Assembly (NCBI GenBank): GCA_043228905.1
Contig: JBHGNT010000003.1
Location: 11,222,001-11,286,000 of the forward strand
Length of the DNA stretch: 64,000 bases
Direction: 5' to 3'
Source of the DNA: Azolla caroliniana
Lineage: Eukaryota; Plantae; Polypodiophyta
Below the pieces are notes generated by a model. The model was not told the DNA's origin. It ran no database searches and was given only the letters and a program-made list of their open reading frames with translations. Within the stretch, counting starts at the first letter, position 1; the number at the start of each line of letters is the position of its first letter. The position numbers were made by a program, and so were the translations under genes. Shown in pieces: positions 32,549 to 46,202 of this stretch.

Positions 32549-35500
32549 TCATTTGCTGGTCCCCCCCGATTTGTTCGGGTCGGTTCGTGTGGATACCGGA
32601 TCCTTCTGTCGGTTTTCCGGGATAGTCGGTGTCGGTGTCGGTGTCGGTTCCTCATCTTGCCGGATTTCCGGGTTTTGCTTGAACGGGTTCGCTGGCATAT
32701 TTCCCTTATACGGCTTTAGCCGAAACCCATTTGCCCACTTGCCGATGACATCTCCAGAAAACGTGCCGAGCTGATACGACCCATTGTACTCCTTGGTGAT
32801 CCAGAACGGTCCGGTCCATCGAAACCGCAACTTTCCCGGAATGTTCCCCATCCGTGTCTGGAATAGTAGCACCGGTTTCCCGACTTCGAACTCCTTTTCA
32901 TTGCCACGCCGGTGTCGGTCCACGAAAGCTTTTCTCCTCCTTTGCTCCAGTTCGAGTTGTAGTAAGCTGGCTATTCGGTTTTCTTCTAATTCCAACAACG
33001 TCGCCAGCCGGATTCGTTCGGACTCGTTCTCACTTAAGCGCTCCTTCACCTGAATCCGTAAGCTGGGGATCTGGAACTCTACCGGCATGACCGCTTCTAA
33101 ACCGAATGCTAGTCGGAACGGGGTTGTCCGGATGTTGGTTTTGTACGTTGTTCGGTACGCCCATAGCGCGCTTTGCAATTTCGTATCCCAGTCGGTTCGG
33201 TTCTCATTGACGATTTTTCGTAGGATGTTCTGCAGAGTTTTGTTCGTTGATTCCGCTAGTCCATTGGCTTGAGGGTAGTAGGGAGTACTCTTTTTATGTA
33301 CCACCGTGTAAAATGACGTCAGGCTTTCTACTACCTGCCCGAGAAATTGTCCTCCTTGGTCACTTATAAGCTCGATCGGGCATCCATACCGGCACCATAT
33401 GCACTCGTACAGGAACTTTGCCATGGATGCGGCCGTGTTGTCCCGTAAGGCCTTTGCTTCTACCCATTTGGTGCAATAGTCGGTTGCCACTATGACATAC
33501 CGATTTCCGGTTCGCATTGCCGGTGGCTTGAAGGGACCGACAAAGTCCAAACCCCACTTTTGAAACGGTTCCAAAGGCAAGACCGGGTGGTGTGGCATCC
33601 GGGCCTGCTTCGTGGGTTGGCCCAGTCGTTGACACAAATCGCATTCTCTGCTATACTTCACGGCATCTTTTAGGGTGGTGGGCCACCACAGTCCGCTCTG
33701 CCATATTTTCCGAGCGGTTGCGTCGCCGGCATAATGCCCACCGGCAATTCCACAGTGGGCTTCCCTGAGGATTAAATCCTTCTCATCGCTCCGCACTGCT
33801 CGTCTCCAGATGCCATCTGCCTCCTTGTGATAGAGGGTGTCTCCAACCAAGCAGAAATGTCTACTTCTTACTGCTACCCTTTTCCTTTCATCGCGGTCCA
33901 TGTTCTCCGGGGGAACTCCGGTGCTCAGGAACTGATGCATCTCAGTTAGCCATGTGTCTTCATCGGCTACCGTTGTATCCGTTGCCGGTTTCGTCGTGAT
34001 CCGGAACAATTCGGCGTCGGGAAACTCATCCTGGACGCCGTCCCCTGCTTCTCTGGATTCGAGTCTGCTTAGGTAGTCCGCTACCGCATGCTGCGCCCCG
34101 GGTCGGTGGAAAATGTTGAATTCAAATTCTTGTAATAGCAGTGTCCACCGTGCAATTTTTCCCGTCAGGGATGCCTTCGAGACCAGGTAGAGTAGTGCCG
34201 AATGGTCGACATGGAAGGAAAACTTCCTTCCGAGCAGATAGTGCCTGTACTTTGTGACACTATACACCATTCCCAATGCCTCGCGTTCCGTCGTAGAGTA
34301 ATTCCGTTCGGCTTTTGAGAGTTTCCGGCTTGCGTAGTACACCGGTCGGTACCATTTCGGCTCTGTGAGTTGCATCAGAACGCTGCCGATTGCTACGTCC
34401 GACGCGTCGACGAAGACGTGAAAGCTTTTACTCCAATCCGGCGGTTGCACCATCGGAGCTTGCGACAGCATAACCTTCAACGCTTGGTAGGCTTCCTCCT
34501 CCGTCTCCGCCCATAGGAAGGGTACCCTATGTACAGCGGTATGTAACGGTGTAGCGAAGTCTGCGAGGTGCCGTATCATCCGGCTATGCCACCTTATTTG
34601 GCCCAGGAACCGGCTTAAAGCCTTTGCGTTATTTAGTGCTGGTGCCTCGAGAATCGCCTTGACTTTATCCGGATCTACCGCGATTCCTTCCTTACTCACC
34701 ACGTGCCCTAGTAAGTTGCCGCTTGCCACTCCAAAGACGCACTTGGCCGGGTTCAGGCTCAATCGGTACTCGCGGCACTTCTCCAAGCACAACCGGAGGT
34801 GATCGAGATGCTCTCCGTGCCGGCTGTAGACCGCGAAATCGTCAAGGAAGACCTGCATAAAACCAGGGATATATTCCCCGAAAATTTCCATTATTATCCT
34901 TTGAAAGGTCGTTGGAGCCGTCTTTAGTCCAAACATCATCACGACCGCGACGAACACTCCCCATTCCGTCACGAACATAGTCTTCTCCTGGTCGGCCGGG
35001 TTCATTCGTATTTGGTTGTAGCCGCTAAATCCATCCAGGAAGCTGTAAACTTCGTGGCCGGCTACCGCATCTAACACCCCGTCCGTAAATGGTAGTCCAC
35101 GCATACCCGGATTTTGTCGTTCTTTTTCGGGACCACCACTATCGGACTCAGCCAGGTTGCTTGCTTGACCGGTCGGATAAATCCGACCCGGAGGAGCTTA
35201 TCAATTTCCTCCTTCACCTTTGCCGCATAATTCGGATTCATCCGGTACCTGCGTTGAGCGATCGGTTTCGCGTCCGTACTTAGGTGAATTTGGTGCTGAT
35301 AGAGTTGGGGGTCCAGCCCTCGCATGTCTTCGTACGACCATGCGAACACATCCTTGAAGTCTGTTAATAATGCTACCATTGCCTTCTTTTCTTCCTTCGG
35401 CAATTCCTTTGCAACATTTACCAGTCGGGGCTTGTCTGCTGTGCCGAGGTCCACCTCCTCGAGTTGGAATGCTTTTACTCTCTGGGATATCGTCATTTCC

Positions 35501-38268
35501 CTCTCTAGGGATTCCTACGCTTGTCGCAGTTCCCAGATCGCCGCTTGGTCCGGTTCATCCGGCGTCGTAATGTACGGTTCTACTGCCGCCGTGATATCCA
35601 CCTCAAATAGTGGGACGATTCGTGGGTGTTCCTCGAGGTACCGCTCGACTTCCTCGTCCGGTAATCCCTCCAACATGTTAATGCTTTCCGCATACAATGG
35701 AGTTGCTTCCTTACTGGTGATCACCCGTGGTTGCGTCGTTATTCGTATCTTTGTTTTCCCTCGCCGGAATGTGATCATGTTCTTTTGCCAGCTCTGCTTG
35801 ATATGCGCCGTTCGCAGCCATGGTCGTCCTAGCAGTAGGGGGTACGCGCCTTGTACATTCAGCTGCAGTACCACGGCCGATATCCGGAATACGTGGCCTC
35901 CGATCGTTACTTCCAAATCCCGGATAAGCCCGGTCGGTCGGACTGAGTTGGTATCCGCCATCCGTAACCAGAAGGGGCATGGTTCCCATTCCCGGATGCC
36001 CAGGTTGTTGCATGTTTGTCGGCTGATGACATTTACCCCGGAGCCTCCGTCAATGATCGTTCCAGCAATTTCCTTTCCTTTCACGATTGCCGTGATCGCC
36101 GGGCTACTTGTATCGACCACCGCTGGTCCTTCCTCCGGGTTGGAGAAGAATGCCGGTGCTGGCGTCGGCTTCGGTTTGCTCACGGATGCCTGTAAGTCTG
36201 CCGTAAACCGTGGCACCAACTGTAGTAGTCGTGCTAACGGCAGCACGATTTGACAGTCCTGTAGCGCTTGCCACGTCGGGTTTTCTCCTGGCTGTATGAT
36301 TTCTTCGTCTTTTGGTATATTTTGGTCTCTTACTTCTGCCGCATTCTGTTCAGTGGCCTCCTTGATCCATTGCGCCGCTTGTTTTCTGATTGCCTCCTGG
36401 GCTTCCCACTCGGCGGTCTTTCCCTTTGACCGGGTTGTGACCTGCTGTACCTCTGTTATTTCGGCTGTAACCATGTTGACTTCCGGCTGCTTGTCATTGG
36501 TTTTTCTTGGGCATTGGTTACTATAGTGGCCTTCCTTACGGCAGTAATAATAGTACACCTTGTGATTGTTGCTCGTTTCTCCTTTGTCCCCGGTTTGGAG
36601 GGTGGGTATGCTCCGGCGGTCGTCTTCGGTTTTTCGGTTATCCGGTACCGATACCGGGTTGTCATTCCTCGCTGCCTCCCGACGTTCCTCTCTTCGGAAA
36701 AATCCACGCTTCTGATTCCGTCGGAAATTTCGGTTCCCTTGTCGCCTCTCTTCTCTGCGTCGTTCGTATTCCGGGGATTCGTCTCGGTCGTACCGGTTCC
36801 GGGGGTAGCTATCTCTGCGTCTCTCCTCTCGGTCATAGTTATCGCGTCTTCTATCCGCGTATCTGTTACCGCGTTCGCGTTGGTAGCGGTCGTCTCTCCG
36901 GAATCGATCCTCGTCCGGGTTCTGATTGCGCGGTTCTATGTGTCGAACCGGTGCTGCCTGTCGATTTAACAGGTTATATTCGCATCGGTCCGTTGTATGG
37001 GCTCGAGAGTTGCAGATCATACATTGTGTCCGCAGGGTGCAGTCTACTGTTGAGTGCCCCGAATTCAGGCATGTTGTGCATTGTAAGGCCTGTCGGAACC
37101 TCAGGTCTTCCTCCTTCGGGAGTGCCCGGTGTAACATCCCCATCGACAAGAAGGGGCTAGTCTTGTCCATTTCTAAAACCCGATCAATAACTTGGTCCAT
37201 TGTGCTGATTTGGAAATCAAGGACTCCACACATTGTTCGAAGTGGCTCTTTCAGCGCGGCCAAAAAGACTGCTTTGGCTTCGTCTTCGGGTGGTGCTCTT
37301 GTCAGTTGGCTGTGCAGGGTCTGAAACCGAATGATGAATTGTGGCACAGTCTCGTTCTCTTCCTGCCGGGTGGTGTAGAACTGCCCGACCAATTCCCTTT
37401 GCTCAAATTGTCTGTGAAAAAGCATGAGGAATCTGGCCTTCAAGGCATCGAATGTGGCAAAGCTACCCGGTAAGTGCTTTGCGTGCCATCGGGCCGCCGG
37501 TCCTTCTAAGGTTATGCCGAATTCGGCGACTTTGGATCGTTCGGCTTCGGGTTCCGTCAGTCTTTGGGAGACATGGTTGGCTTCCCATGTTTGGAGGAAT
37601 GCGTACACGTGTGCCTCCGCGTCGGCCTCATCCCGGTACTTTGGGTATGGGTACGGCATTGTGTCGTCCAACTGACTCTCCTGCTTCCTCCACTCTCTGT
37701 CCGCTGTTGGCGTTGGTGTGAGAACCTTTGGTTCCTCCGCGGGTGTTGCCGGTGTCCGGTCCTTTGGTTCCTCCGCGGGTGTTGTCGGTATCCGCTCCTT
37801 CGGTTCCTTCGCGGTTGTTGTCGGTATCCGGTCAGCCTTCCTCGGCGATTGCCGGTCACCGCCTTCCAGGGTTATTTCTTCCTCTGGCTCTGGTGTTACT
37901 GAGTCTTCCGACCCCTCTTCCTCCCGGTCGTTTGGTGTGTCGTGGCTGCTTTTATACCGGGACGCAACGCTTCCGTCGCTTTCCGACTCCGCCTCAAGTG
38001 TTGCGAATGCTTCCGAGTCCCCGTCGCCCCCGATGAGCGTCTGTAGTATCGTTTCCGCCTCTTGCAAGCTTGTTATGCTACTGCCCTCGTCGGGGATTTG
38101 CAGAACCCGGAACTGCAGTGCTTCTTCTGCGACTCTCCGAAGAGTTTTGGAGAATGACCGATCCCGCCGGATCTCGTCGACGGCTTGCTGCAGGGCTTCC
38201 CGTCGTTGCTCGCGTTCGGTATATCGTCTCCCTCGTTCGGTGATGTGGTCGTCGTTTGGTCTAGACAT
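32549..38268 (-). pseudogene. gag-pol: gag-pol of G: single frame, with one premature TAG at 35515 and a small deletion/frameshift near 35090
   Basis: ORFs 35515-38352, 35071-35496 and 32549-35104 are colinear with element I. 36-bp repeats (RIPTTPAEEPK) at about 37720-37835. Confidence 0.93.
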
Positions 38269-38304
38269 CCATCCCCCGGTTGTCCTCTGCACTTTGCAGG
38301 AATC

Positions 38305-38314
38305 GTGGTCGCCA
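38305..38314 (-). promoter_or_regulatory. PBS of G, tRNA-Arg(UCG)-like TGGCGACCAC
   Basis: 6 nt after the 5' LTR end and upstream of the gag ATG; 10-nt match to the recalled tRNA end GTGGTCGCCA. Confidence 0.7.
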
Positions 38315-38320
38315 AAATAG

Positions 38321-38702
38321 TGTTGTCTGCCTGGCCGGACTAGCCTCAACACAGGTGTCTATCCGACACTTCTCCAAAGGGGTGGTAAGGATTGGATGCT
38401 AGGTTACACGCGTAAGATGATTACAATTAAGCACAGATGGTAAACAATACGAAGATACAGATAAACACGCAATAATTGTTATTGTATTACTTTCGTCCCC
38501 CTTTTACAAATCATCGGATCCTTTTATAGGCATCCGGCAAGGTTACAATCGGTGCGCTTAGGCAACCGACATCCGAATCGGTCCGGATCCGGATCGGTAC
38601 AACTGTACCGAATCCGTCCCTCCGAATAATAATTCTACTATTATTTCCTTCCTATTATCCGATCCGACTTCGCCTTCCCACTTGTCCTTGCTCTTCTAAC
38701 CG
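38321..38702 (-). repeat. 5' LTR of G, lacking its terminal 7 bp
   Basis: TATA (CCTATAAAAGG) in gag sense. Joins F' through the shared AACCG. Confidence 0.9.
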
Positions 38703-40287
38703 AGTGACGCCCATCCTGGCTCTTAACTCTTGCATAGGCCGAGCCGTTGTCCAGCACCTTGGTCTCCATCCGTGCTCCTGTGATGTACAATTCTCCTAGT
38801 ATAACCGGATGTGAGGACGTCTCCTGCACGAAGAAGTGCTGGTCAATCTCGACATCGCCGATCTTTACTCGTACATTCGGGCAGGCTCCATGCAGTTCTT
38901 CGGTGCCACGCATCGCTGCCCATATCTTCCACGCGTGCTTGGTGTTGATCGGCCATTTCCCCTTCTTGTAGAAGTCCATGGACATCAAATTGATTTCTGA
39001 ACCATGGTCCACCAACGCCAGCACCGGATCATGAACATCTCCGATCTTCACGGGGGTCTCCGTGGTCGCTCTGGCCCAGTGCGGTCTCCAATAGTGGCTC
39101 TCCGCCAACTCGTCTTCCAGCGCCATGTCCTCTATGTGCGTCATTCGCACCTCCACCGGCTCTTCCTCCGTTGACAGCCTCTTCCTCTTCACCAAGTCTA
39201 CGATGGAGTCGTGGAACTCCTTCTTGGCGATCCCAAGCACTTCCCTCAGCGACAGTTCCACCTTGCTGTCGAGGATTCGTTCTTCCAGGACCTTTCGCAG
39301 GTCCGTGGTTCTTTCGATTTCTGTGCCTAGCCGGTATCCGCCCCTCTTGGGATTATCCTGGGCGCCGGTTACACCGGCCTCATTCCGCCTTTGCCCGAAC
39401 CGAGTTTCATATCGTTGCGAGGGCTCGGCCCCTCCGGTTTTCCCTATCCGCTTGTCCTCCACCAGAGCCTCGTAGTTTTGACAAGCGGCTTCGACGAAGC
39501 CTGTCTTTCCTTCCACCGGGTCACTCCATCCGGTCACCTCCCGGACCCGTTTTTCCGCGCGGTCCGCCTCATCATTCCTTAGTCGTACGCCGGCGAGGCC
39601 TTCTAGCATCGTCAGCCAGAACCCGACTTTGTTCGTCTTCAGGGCCTCGCCACCTCCGACCCGAATACCAGCTGACGCCGAGTAGTGGACGGTCTCCGCA
39701 TGACGAGCCGCCGCCTCCTCCATCAGCCTTTTCATACCCCCTCGCCCGACGTTCAGGTTCAGGGCCCTTCGGGTCTCGCTGGCGTGCACCCGACCGTTAC
39801 ACAGGTACACCACGTTGCTTATCATCGCCTCGGCGAAGTCCCCGCAGTCCTTTCGGATGTGCCCAACTGCGTCACACCACATGCACCTGTTTTCAGCTAG
39901 AGGTCATCGGTCACGGGCTTGTTCGCCACCATCCCTCCATGCCTGGGCGATCTGGAGATCTCTTACCATCCGCGTTAGCTCCTCCAGAGCTGCTCCCCCG
40001 GACGAGCCCTTGACCACGCCGGTCGAAGCCGACCCGGTCTCGAGCCAATCTCGGGTCTCTTCCCTTCGCGTTGGTGGTGTTGGTTCGAGCTTCCTTGCTG
40101 CGACAGAGCCCGCCCCTGTCGACCCTTTGTCAACCCATTCCCGCCATTTGTCAAAATGGCCACAGACCCTTTTCACCACGGCCCAGTCGGCCGTCAGCCC
40201 GTCATCAGTCAGCAGTAGGAGGCCTACCTGTTCCCGATCCCACTCGTCAACCGACTTAACAAACAATAGGACATGGCTTGTGTCCAG
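38703..40287 (-). pseudogene. gag: F': duplicate of element F gag that still includes the protease
   Basis: 39519-40509 is nearly identical to 29443-30433 (offset 10076). ORF 38641-39882 contains LVDHGSEINL. Confidence 0.92.
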
Positions 40288-40676
40288 TGTTGGCCGGTCA
40301 GAAGAGCAAGGACAAGTGGGAAGGCGGAGTCGGATCGGATAATAGGAAGGAAATAATAGTAGAATTATTATTCGGAGGGACGGATCCGGTACAGTTGTAC
40401 CGATCCGGATCCGGACCGATTCGGATGTCGGTTGCCTAAGCGCACCGATTGTAACCTTGCCGGATGCCTATAAAAGGATCCGATGATTTGTAAAAGGGGG
40501 ACGAAAGTAATACAATAACAATTATTGCGTGTTTATCTGTATCTTCGTATTGTTTACCGTCTGTGCTTAATTGTAATCATCTTACGCGTGTAACCTAGCA
40601 TCCAATCCTTACCACCCCTTTGGAGAAGTGTCTGATAGACACCTATGTTGAGGCTAGTCCGGCCATGCAGACAACA
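40288..40676 (+). repeat. Complete solo-type G-family LTR (389 bp) with non-matching flanks (TCCAG / ACTAA)
   Basis: TGTTG..CAACA; no PBS follows it. Confidence 0.9.
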
Positions 40677-41740
40677 ACTAACACTGAATACAAGGCATAC
40701 ATGGCATCAAAGGTAATGCTCACACATGCACCAGTAGTACAACCACTGAATTGGACAAAGCAGTTCTATGTTTTCGTAGATGTGTCACACATTGCCATTG
40801 ACAACGCACTAATGTAGTTGACCGAGTTGAATTGTTATCGGCCAGTATACTACTCCAATCGGAAACTATTGGTCGCCGAGCGTAACTACTCCACGACTGA
40901 GTGTGAAGCCCTAGGTATGATATATAACATCAACAAATTTCAACACTACCTATTGGGTCGAAAATTTGTCTTCCATGTCGATCATGCAGCACTACTCTAT
41001 CTGGTCTTGAAGCAATCACTTACAGGGAAGTTGGCACGATGGATGCTACTGTTACAAGAATTCGAATTCGAAATCCAGCATCAACCAAGCACTCAACACG
41101 TGGTATCTGATTATCTAAGTCATATTGAAAATGAGGAGGAAGCTGTCGAAGGGGAAGAAGACTTTCCGGACATTGGAATATTATGCATTTCGGCAAGCGA
41201 CGCAGAGGCGGACACCTTGTCACCTAATGACAAATGGTTGGAGGATATGAGCCATTTCTTAACCACAATCCTACCACCCCCTCGAATGCAAACGGACCAA
41301 AAGAAGCGATTGGCGGTCCGAAGTCGCAACTTTTGCTTACTAGATGGTACCATGTACCACAAAGGAAACGAGTACATTTAGCGAAGGTGTGTTCAGCAAG
41401 ATGAAAAAGACACGGTCCAAGAGAAGCCCATGTTGCGGTATAGGCGGGGCCCATTACATGGGTGAGACGATTGCACGGAAGATATGGCAAGGTGGGGTCT
41501 GATGGCCAACAACAAAGAAGGATGCCCAAGCGTATTGTTGGGAATGCAACATATGTAAGAGGATGGGCCAACCTACTAACTGAGCCCGGATGTTGCATCA
41601 GGCCGTGCTTCCAAAAATGGGGTCTCGATTTTGTCAGACCATTTACCCCAACCACGACACACATAGGTAACAAGTATGTTCTAGTCGCAACATATTACGA
41701 TGGGACAATATGACGATGTCCACGACCAAATTTTTGTACC
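40677..41740 (+). pseudogene. pol: Old degenerate G-family pol fragment (RNase H to integrase)
   Basis: YRPVYYSNRKL..ERNYSTTECEALGM; KWGLDFVRPF; many lesions. Confidence 0.88.
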
Positions 41741-41831
41741 ATAGTAACAACTATGACCGTAGAAAAGAAAAGAAAAGAAAAAAAGGGAATTTAGAAATAT
41801 TTTTTGGCAAGCAGTCGTAGATCCCAAGAAA

Positions 41832-41994
41832 GTGTTGGGAATTCGGTCCCTCCGGATGGGATCCGGATGAGAATCGGAGGAGCCGGAAACGAATCCAGAA
41901 TCCGGATCAGATGGACCCGGTGAGAACTAGAGCATAGCACATATTTGTAAATAGCCCTAAGGTCATATGAGTATAAATATCACTTAGGGCAATC
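41832..41994 (+). repeat. LTR fragment related to the copia J LTR
   Basis: ATATTTGTAAATAG..GTCATATGAGTATAAATATCACTTAGGGCAA resembles the reverse complement of about 53970-54022. Left boundary uncertain. Confidence 0.5.
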
Positions 41995-42528
41995 AATGCT
42001 CTAGCCACATTTCAACAAGAAATGAATGACATTTTCCGAGAACAACTTGGAAAATTTGTCGTTATTTTCTTGGATGATATTCTAGTTTATAGTTGCACAA
42101 TAGAAGAACATGCTAAACATATATTGTTTGTTTTACAAACATTGCGCGACAAGAAATCCTACGCAAAGATCTCAAAATGCGAGTTCTTCAAGAAATCAAT
42201 TACTTATCTTAGGCATCTCATAACCGAACAAGGAGATGAAATTGATCCTTCTCTCATCAAGAAAATCAAACTTTGGCCTACTCTTCGGAATATTCGAGAA
42301 GTTCGATCATTTCCTTGGTTTTGTCTGGTTTTTGCGAAAATCCCTTCGTAATTACTCCGAATTGACGACCCCATTTACTGATCTTCTAAAAGGTCAAACA
42401 CATAAGTCCACAAAACCTATTGTGTGGAATGCTACACTAGACCTTGCCTTTAAGGAACTCAAGGACCTGGTGTGCAAGGCTCCTTCACTTCTTTTACCCG
42501 ATCCTTCAAAACCTTTTGAGGTTGAAAC
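41995..42528 (+). pseudogene. pol: B': RT fragment of the element-B family
   Basis: Closely similar to 4681-5212 ([19 protein letters not shown]). Confidence 0.9.
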
Positions 42529-43395
42529 TGTGAATGTTAATGTGCAGAAGCGTCAGATAAAACTGGCTCAACCGGATAGCAATAAAAAATGAGATGAAGG
42601 TTTAATGGAAAAGCTTAAAACACAGAGTATATACAGGAGAGACAGAGAGAGCAGAACATAGAACTATATTCAGAAAATTAACTCTAAAACTCTGTACATA
42701 CAACGTGCTAAACAACACTATTTATACAAGTCCATAAAGGCCTGACAGGTACTTCAATACTCACACGTGTGACTGACACTAACTACGAGACAATGATTAC
42801 CTAGTAGTCTAGGCTACTACTAGGCTTCCGATTCTCGCTCGAATCCGGCTCTCCGATCCGGCCGGTTGTTTCCGGATACTGATCCGGCTCCTCCTTCCAG
42901 ATGCCGATCCGAATCCGGTTGAGCTTGCTCGCTCAATAGTCCCCCTCAAGCTCAACTTGAGGTCGGATCGTGGTGTTAGTGTCCGTGGTAGCCGGTTCTT
43001 CTACCCGGCTCCTTCTGGTGTTGCTCCGCCTTGCTCGCGTTCCTCGTCCGGTCCGGTCTTGTTTGCTATGACCCTTCTGGTTCTGCGCACGTCGACCTCC
43101 TCGGTCGGCTTGTCTGCTCAACAGGCCCATTCCAGCTTCCTCGTTGTTGTGACTCGGTCGCTTGTTGGCCCGTCGGTTCCTTCTGTTGGCATCGACTTTT
43201 GTTGCGTTCGTGTCTGCTTGGCCTTTAGTTGATCCAGCTTCTCTGAATCTTGAACCGAATCGGTTTCCTTCGATTCATTCTAGCTCTTGTCCAAGTCGGT
43301 GTTCTCCAACTCGTCTTCTGGTTTCAGGCCCTTCACCACACCGGACCACGTCCGGGTCTTGGTCGTTTTCTTCCGGTCGGCTTTGTCCTTCCAGC
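42529..43395 (-). mobile_element. Element K remnant: 3' LTR (about 42529-42938), PPT and non-coding 3' region
   Basis: PPT-like TTGAGGGGGAC abuts 42938; TATAAATA on the minus strand near 42719-42726; interrupts B'. Ends approximate. Confidence 0.6.
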
Positions 43396-46202
43396 ACTAT
43401 TAAGGAGGAATCCTTAGTGCAACTTCTGGCAAAATATCATCCTTATGACGATGTATTTGACAAGGTAAAAGCCGGTACTCTTCCTCATGATCGTCCCTGA
43501 TTATCCCATCGATTTACAACCAGGAGCAAAGCCACCATGGGGACCAATTTACAACTTGTCACCCACCGAGTTAGAAGTCCTTCAAGCCTACATAGAGGAG
43601 AACTTGGCAAGCGCGTTTTATTCGTCATTCAAAATCTCCGGCCGATGCACCCATCTTCTTTGTCAAGAAGAAAGATGGCTCACTTCATCTCGTCGTTGAT
43701 TACTGTGGCTTGAATAAAGTCACCATCCGGAATAGGTATGCACTTCCTCTTATATCAAGTCTTTTAGAGCGAGTTAATGGTGCCAAGTTTTTTACAAAAA
43801 TCGATCTACGAGGAGCGTATAACCTCGTGTGGATCCGACCAGGAGATGAATGGAAGACCGCCTTTCGCACACGGTATGGGCATTTCGAATATACTGTTAT
43901 GCCGTTCGGTCTAACCAATGCACCCCAGTCTTCCAACACATGGCAAATGATAAATTCAGAGACCTCTTGGATATTTGTTTGATCATCTATCTGGATGATC
44001 TATTGATTTATTCGAAGGCCCAGGAAGAGCACGATTCTCATGTACTATTAGTACTAAAACGACTCCGCGAGAATGGTCTTTATGCCAAGCTAGAAAAATG
44101 TAGCTTTGACTGCAAGCAAGTGGAATTTCTAAGCTACGTCATCTCCTCAAAGGGCATCTCCATGGATCCAGCTAAAGTCCAAACTATGCTAGAGCGGAAA
44201 AATTTCACGTTCGGTACGAGATGTACAATGTTTTCTAGGTTTTGCTAACTTCTACCGCAAGTTCAAACAGGATTACTCGAAGATTATTTTACCTCTCACA
44301 CAACTTACAAAGAAGGGACAAGCATTTCTTTGGTCCAATGCAGCGGACATGGCTTTTCAGCATCTTAAGAAAGCCTTTACATCAGCGCCTATTCTAGCTC
44401 ATGTGGATACAAACAAATTGTTCATCATGGAGCCCGACGCATCGGATTTCGCCCTCGGTAGCATCCTTTCTCAACAAGGGGATAACGAAGAGTTACATCT
44501 TGTGGCTTTCCATTCGCGCAAATTCGATGCCGCAGAAATTAACTATGAAATACATGACAAGGAGTTATTAGCCATCATGGATTCCTTTGTGCAATGGCGG
44601 AATTTCTTAGAGGGATCTCTACATCAGGTCATCGTCTTTAGTGATCACAAAAATCTTGCTTATTTCCAGAACACTCGGGTGCTAAATCAACGGCCAACTC
44701 GGTGGGCTCAATTCCTCACGCGTTTTGACTTCAAAATCACATATCGACCGGGGAAGCAGCAAGGAAAAGTAGATGCACTATCATGACATTCATATCTTGC
44801 AACTCGTCTTGGTGATCCAATGTTTGATAATCAAAAGCAAGTAATCTTGGGACCAACACGATTGCACAGAACACAGTTTTTTCACACCGACCCATTGGAT
44901 TCCTGGATTACCGATGCTATACATGCGAACTTGAAGACAAACAGTTTTGCTCAAGACATTCTGGCGCACATTCATACCTCTTGGGCATCCTGTTCCCAAT
45001 CTCAACAACCAGGTATGTACTACTGACAATTCGAATATCATGATGGTTTGTTATTCTTTAAAAAGCTTGTATATGTCCCCGATTGCTCTTGTCGCCTTCA
45101 AATCGTCCAAAATTGTCACGACACCCATACAGTGGGACATTTCGATAGTACTAAGACGTTGGATCTCGTTCAATGATCTTTTTGGTGGCCCCATATGCGA
45201 TGTTTTGTCGACGACTACGTTCGAACTTGTGATGCTTGCTGCCGAGCAAAGATGCCCCGACACCATCCATATGGCTTGTTGGAATCTTTACTGATTCCAA
45301 GTAAGCTCTGGTAGTCTATTTGACTTGATTTTATCACAAATCTACCGGTCTCGAAGGGGTTCAATGCTATCTTAACCATCGTCATTCAATATACTAAGAT
45401 GGCACATTTTGTGCCATGTACTAAGGCCATCACTAGGGAGGAAACCACCGCCCTTGTCATGCGTGAGATATTTCGGCATGATGGCCTCCCCGACAGTATC
45501 ATCAGTGACCGAGGACCTCAATTCGTCTCCAAATTTTGGCAGCATCTCTTCAAGATGCTCAAGGTCTCTTGCAACCTCTCCTCCACCTACCATCCCTATA
45601 CCGATGGGCAGGCGGAACGAACAAACCAAATGCTGGAACAATATCTCCGGTGTTTTTTGAGTTAACAAACCAAATGCAGGACGATTGGGCCAAGGTTCTC
45701 CACTTTGCGGAGTTTGCGTATAATAATGTTGTTCACTCCTCGGTTTGGGTCTTCCCATTTTACGCTTATACCGGTTCTCATCCTCGTTGGTCGGTGATTG
45801 ACACCCCGGAGCTACCTACCAATCCTGATGCCGAGGATCATTTGGAGAGGCTACGCAAGATCAAGATGGATCTCTCTACTCATCTTCGTCATGCTCAACA
45901 CACACAAAAGACTTATGCGGATCGTCATCGCCTTCCCTCATCTTTTGCCATCTGAGATCGAGTATGGCTCTTACGTCGTCACATCAAGACTACTCGACCG
46001 TGCGACAAGTTAGATTATCGACGACTCGGTCCTTTCCGTATTACTAGTAAGGTTAATGATGTCACGTTCCGCCTTGATCTCCCTCAGCATCTTCAGATAC
46101 ATCCATTTTTCCATAGCTCTCTTCTTGAATCTTATAAATCAAACACTATTCCCGATCGTGTTACACCACCGCCGCCCCCGCTTGAGTTGGAAACGAGCCC
46201 GG
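43396..46202 (+). pseudogene. pol: C': pol (RT, RH, INT) of a second Tcn1-like chromovirus copy, cut by H just before the chromodomain
   Basis: Colinear with element C ([44 protein letters not shown]). Confidence 0.92.

Larger units (their letters stand above)
30434..38702 (-). mobile_element. Element G: near-complete non-chromovirus gypsy with Arg PBS, gag-pol and an extra 3' ORF; both LTRs truncated at their outer ends
   Basis: LTRs 38321-38702 and 30434-30651; PBS TGGCGACCAC at 38305-38314; three knuckle motifs; IIDGGSGVN; VFLDD; VDASD; HCGIAGGH..C..C; WGLDF..SDQG..AESTN; WTGPF. Confidence 0.95.

Noticed and set aside
35515-35517. Readthrough stop between protease and RT in G
   Set aside because: Element I has a sense Gln codon at the aligned position, so this is most simply a C-to-T lesion.
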